Virus record (IMG/VR): IMGVR_UViG_3300020044_006674
Location: 1 to 36,502 of that record
DNA: 36,502 nucleotides
Reading direction: 5' to 3' (one strand)
Origin: a virus
Taxonomy: Duplodnaviria; Caudoviricetes
Shown here: piece after piece, positions 35,061-36,502 of the stretch
Position numbering within the stretch: the first letter of the stretch is position 1
How the letters are laid out: the number at the start of each line of letters is the position of its first letter
The notes under the pieces: generated by a model
The model's database searches: none
Told to the model about the DNA's origin: nothing
Seen by the model: the letters and a program-made list of their open reading frames with translations, nothing else
Translations under genes and position numbers: made by a program

Positions 35061-35822
35061 TTATTGCGCTAATAGTCGCTTTGCATCAGAGTTGGCGCGC
35101 CTTGTCGCCCACTGCTTTTCGATACTTTCTTTGCTCATTACGCGGCCTGTTGATGACCGCCGCAGGTTTTCCTTGTGCTCTGTAGTCATAACTCTTCCAA
35201 GCATTGCAGCCCTGATCTTTTCAACTTCGTGCGGCGGCCTTACCCTTCCGGTGCTGGCAACTCTTAACTTTTCAATCTGATCCGGGGTTTGCCTGCGCCC
35301 GGTGTTGGCTATGCGTATTTTTTCTATGGTCTTTTCACTGGGCTTTTTGCCCTTCATGTGACCAAGCCTCGCGCGTGACTCAGGAGTCCAAACCGCAGTT
35401 TTATGTGAGGCACGCATCTTTTCTATGGTCGATTCGCTATGCTTTTTCCCAAGGTTTGCTTGGCGCAATAGCTCTCTAGTTTCTGGCGTTGGGACAACTC
35501 CAATCACGCCTTCTCCGCCTGCGGATAAGTTGTAACCACCATTGCCCTTGGTCCCGTAAAGCTCGATCACCAGCGGCTCAATAAACAGCAAATAGTCCCA
35601 CGTTGCGGAAAGCAATGTTTCAACGACAACCGATTGATGCCCATATTTAGTTATGGCTCTGCTAACCGCGATACCCCGACCACTGGCTGCGTTTTTGCAG
35701 TGTTCTTTAAATCTCGCTTTTGCTGTCCTACTGGTAATCCCAATGTAAGCCTTACCGTTTGGGAAAGTCAAACGGTACAAAAATCCAGAAGGATTGTTTT
35801 TCGATAGAATTGATTCAGCCAT
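35061..35822 (-). CDS. Free-standing GIY-YIG homing endonuclease with NUMOD3 repeats
   Basis: GFLYRLTFPNGKAYIGIT, RFKEH, GYNL..GGEG, repeated GKKHSESTIEK-type units. Confidence 0.9.
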   Translation of the reverse strand: MAESILSKNNPSGFLYRLTFPNGKAYIGITSRTAKARFKEHCKNAASGRGIAVSRAITKYGHQSVVVETLLSATWDYLLFIEPLVIELYGTKGNGGYNLSAGGEGVIGVVPTPETRELLRQANLGKKHSESTIEKMRASHKTAVWTPESRARLGHMKGKKPSEKTIEKIRIANTGRRQTPDQIEKLRVASTGRVRPPHEVEKIRAAMLGRVMTTEHKENLRRSSTGRVMSKESIEKQWATRRANSDAKRLLAQ

Positions 35823-35894
35823 GATGACCTCTGATACAGGTTGATTGGTTAGAGCCTGATTGGTGGTGGTACACCTTTCAGGCTTGCCTATTTT
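35817..35894 (+). ncRNA. Putative SymR-like cis-antisense RNA
   Basis: -10 TAGAAT at 35805-35810; two-stem structure covering the ATG and RBS of the endonuclease. Confidence 0.5.
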
Positions 35895-36502
35895 ACTACT
35901 TCGTCGGGCTTTTCACCGGTTTCTGTACTCATATTTAACGGAACCAACGGTTTATCAAGTCCTTCCAGCGGGTCAAGCCCTTCAAAGTCGCGGATCTCGT
36001 TGCGGGTGTAGATGCCCATTTCAACCATCGTGCGGGACCATTGCGCACGGTCTACCATGCTGCCTTGTGTCAGGTAGCGGGTGTCGAACTCAGCGAACAG
36101 CGGGCCGCTACCGTCCAGCAGCATTTCATCAATGCGCTGGCACCATGCGCGGTGCCACGGTGCGAGGGTGTGCTTAACGTGAGCCGAAAAGAAAGCTTCT
36201 GAGCTTGCAAACGTGCTGGCCTTGTCGCTGTGCCCCACCATGATCGGAAACACACCATAAGCCCGGCAAACCTCTTCAATTTGTAGGCGGCGGGTTTCAA
36301 CATGCTGCGCATCGACGCCAGTAATGGCTGTGCTTTGCCATTTGGCGTTGCGATCCAGCACCAGCGGAGTGCCTGCGTTATCGGGGCCTGACTTGCGTTT
36401 CAGCCATGCTGTGAGCCGGTCATGCGCTTCGGGGTTCAGTGTGCCGTCAACCGAGTAGGTGCCGCTAGTTTTCAAGCCGTTAGCGTGCATAGCCGATTGA
36501 CT
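35888..36502 (-). CDS. HK97-family portal protein, C-terminal part (truncated by the window edge)
   Basis: DAQHVETRRLQIEEVCRAYGV.P, TLAPW, TRNEIR..EGLDP. Confidence 0.92.
   Translation of the reverse strand, partial: SQSAMHANGLKTSGTYSVDGTLNPEAHDRLTAWLKRKSGPDNAGTPLVLDRNAKWQSTAITGVDAQHVETRRLQIEEVCRAYGVFPIMVGHSDKASTFASSEAFFSAHVKHTLAPWHRAWCQRIDEMLLDGSGPLFAEFDTRYLTQGSMVDRAQWSRTMVEMGIYTRNEIRDFEGLDPLEGLDKPLVPLNMSTETGEKPDEVVK

Overview
Most of a temperate lambdoid/HK97-like siphophage genome in its non-integrated form: an intact attP lies between xis and int, with a core matching the 3' end of a tRNA (probably tRNA-Leu). A betaproteobacterial (Comamonadaceae-like) host is an inference from gene styles only. 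Minus strand 1-4573: cro, replication initiator, DnaB-like helicase, ninG and a truncated C5 methyltransferase. Plus strand 4695-18316: a cI-like repressor flanked by ATAG-N6-CTAT operators, then the early-left operon (Sak4-like ATPase, SSB-like protein, Gp157, SNF2-helicase/DNA-methylase fusion, many small ORFs, MazG-like, xis, attP, integrase). Minus strand 18313-36502: portal (truncated), GIY-YIG endonuclease, protease, capsid, head-spike module, tail genes and lysis cassette. Terminase and a Q-like gene are not in the window. Three observations stand out. (1) An Endonuclease VII gene with its own candidate promoter and RBS is nested out of frame inside the helicase-methylase gene, whose frame stays open across the ~590 nt insert with no intein or intron signature. 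(2) Two unannotated Trp-rich, YWW-containing micro-ORFs are translationally coupled on either side of the endolysin. (3) A SymR-like antisense RNA overlaps the start of the GIY-YIG endonuclease. All product calls come from motif recognition and synteny; no database search was run.
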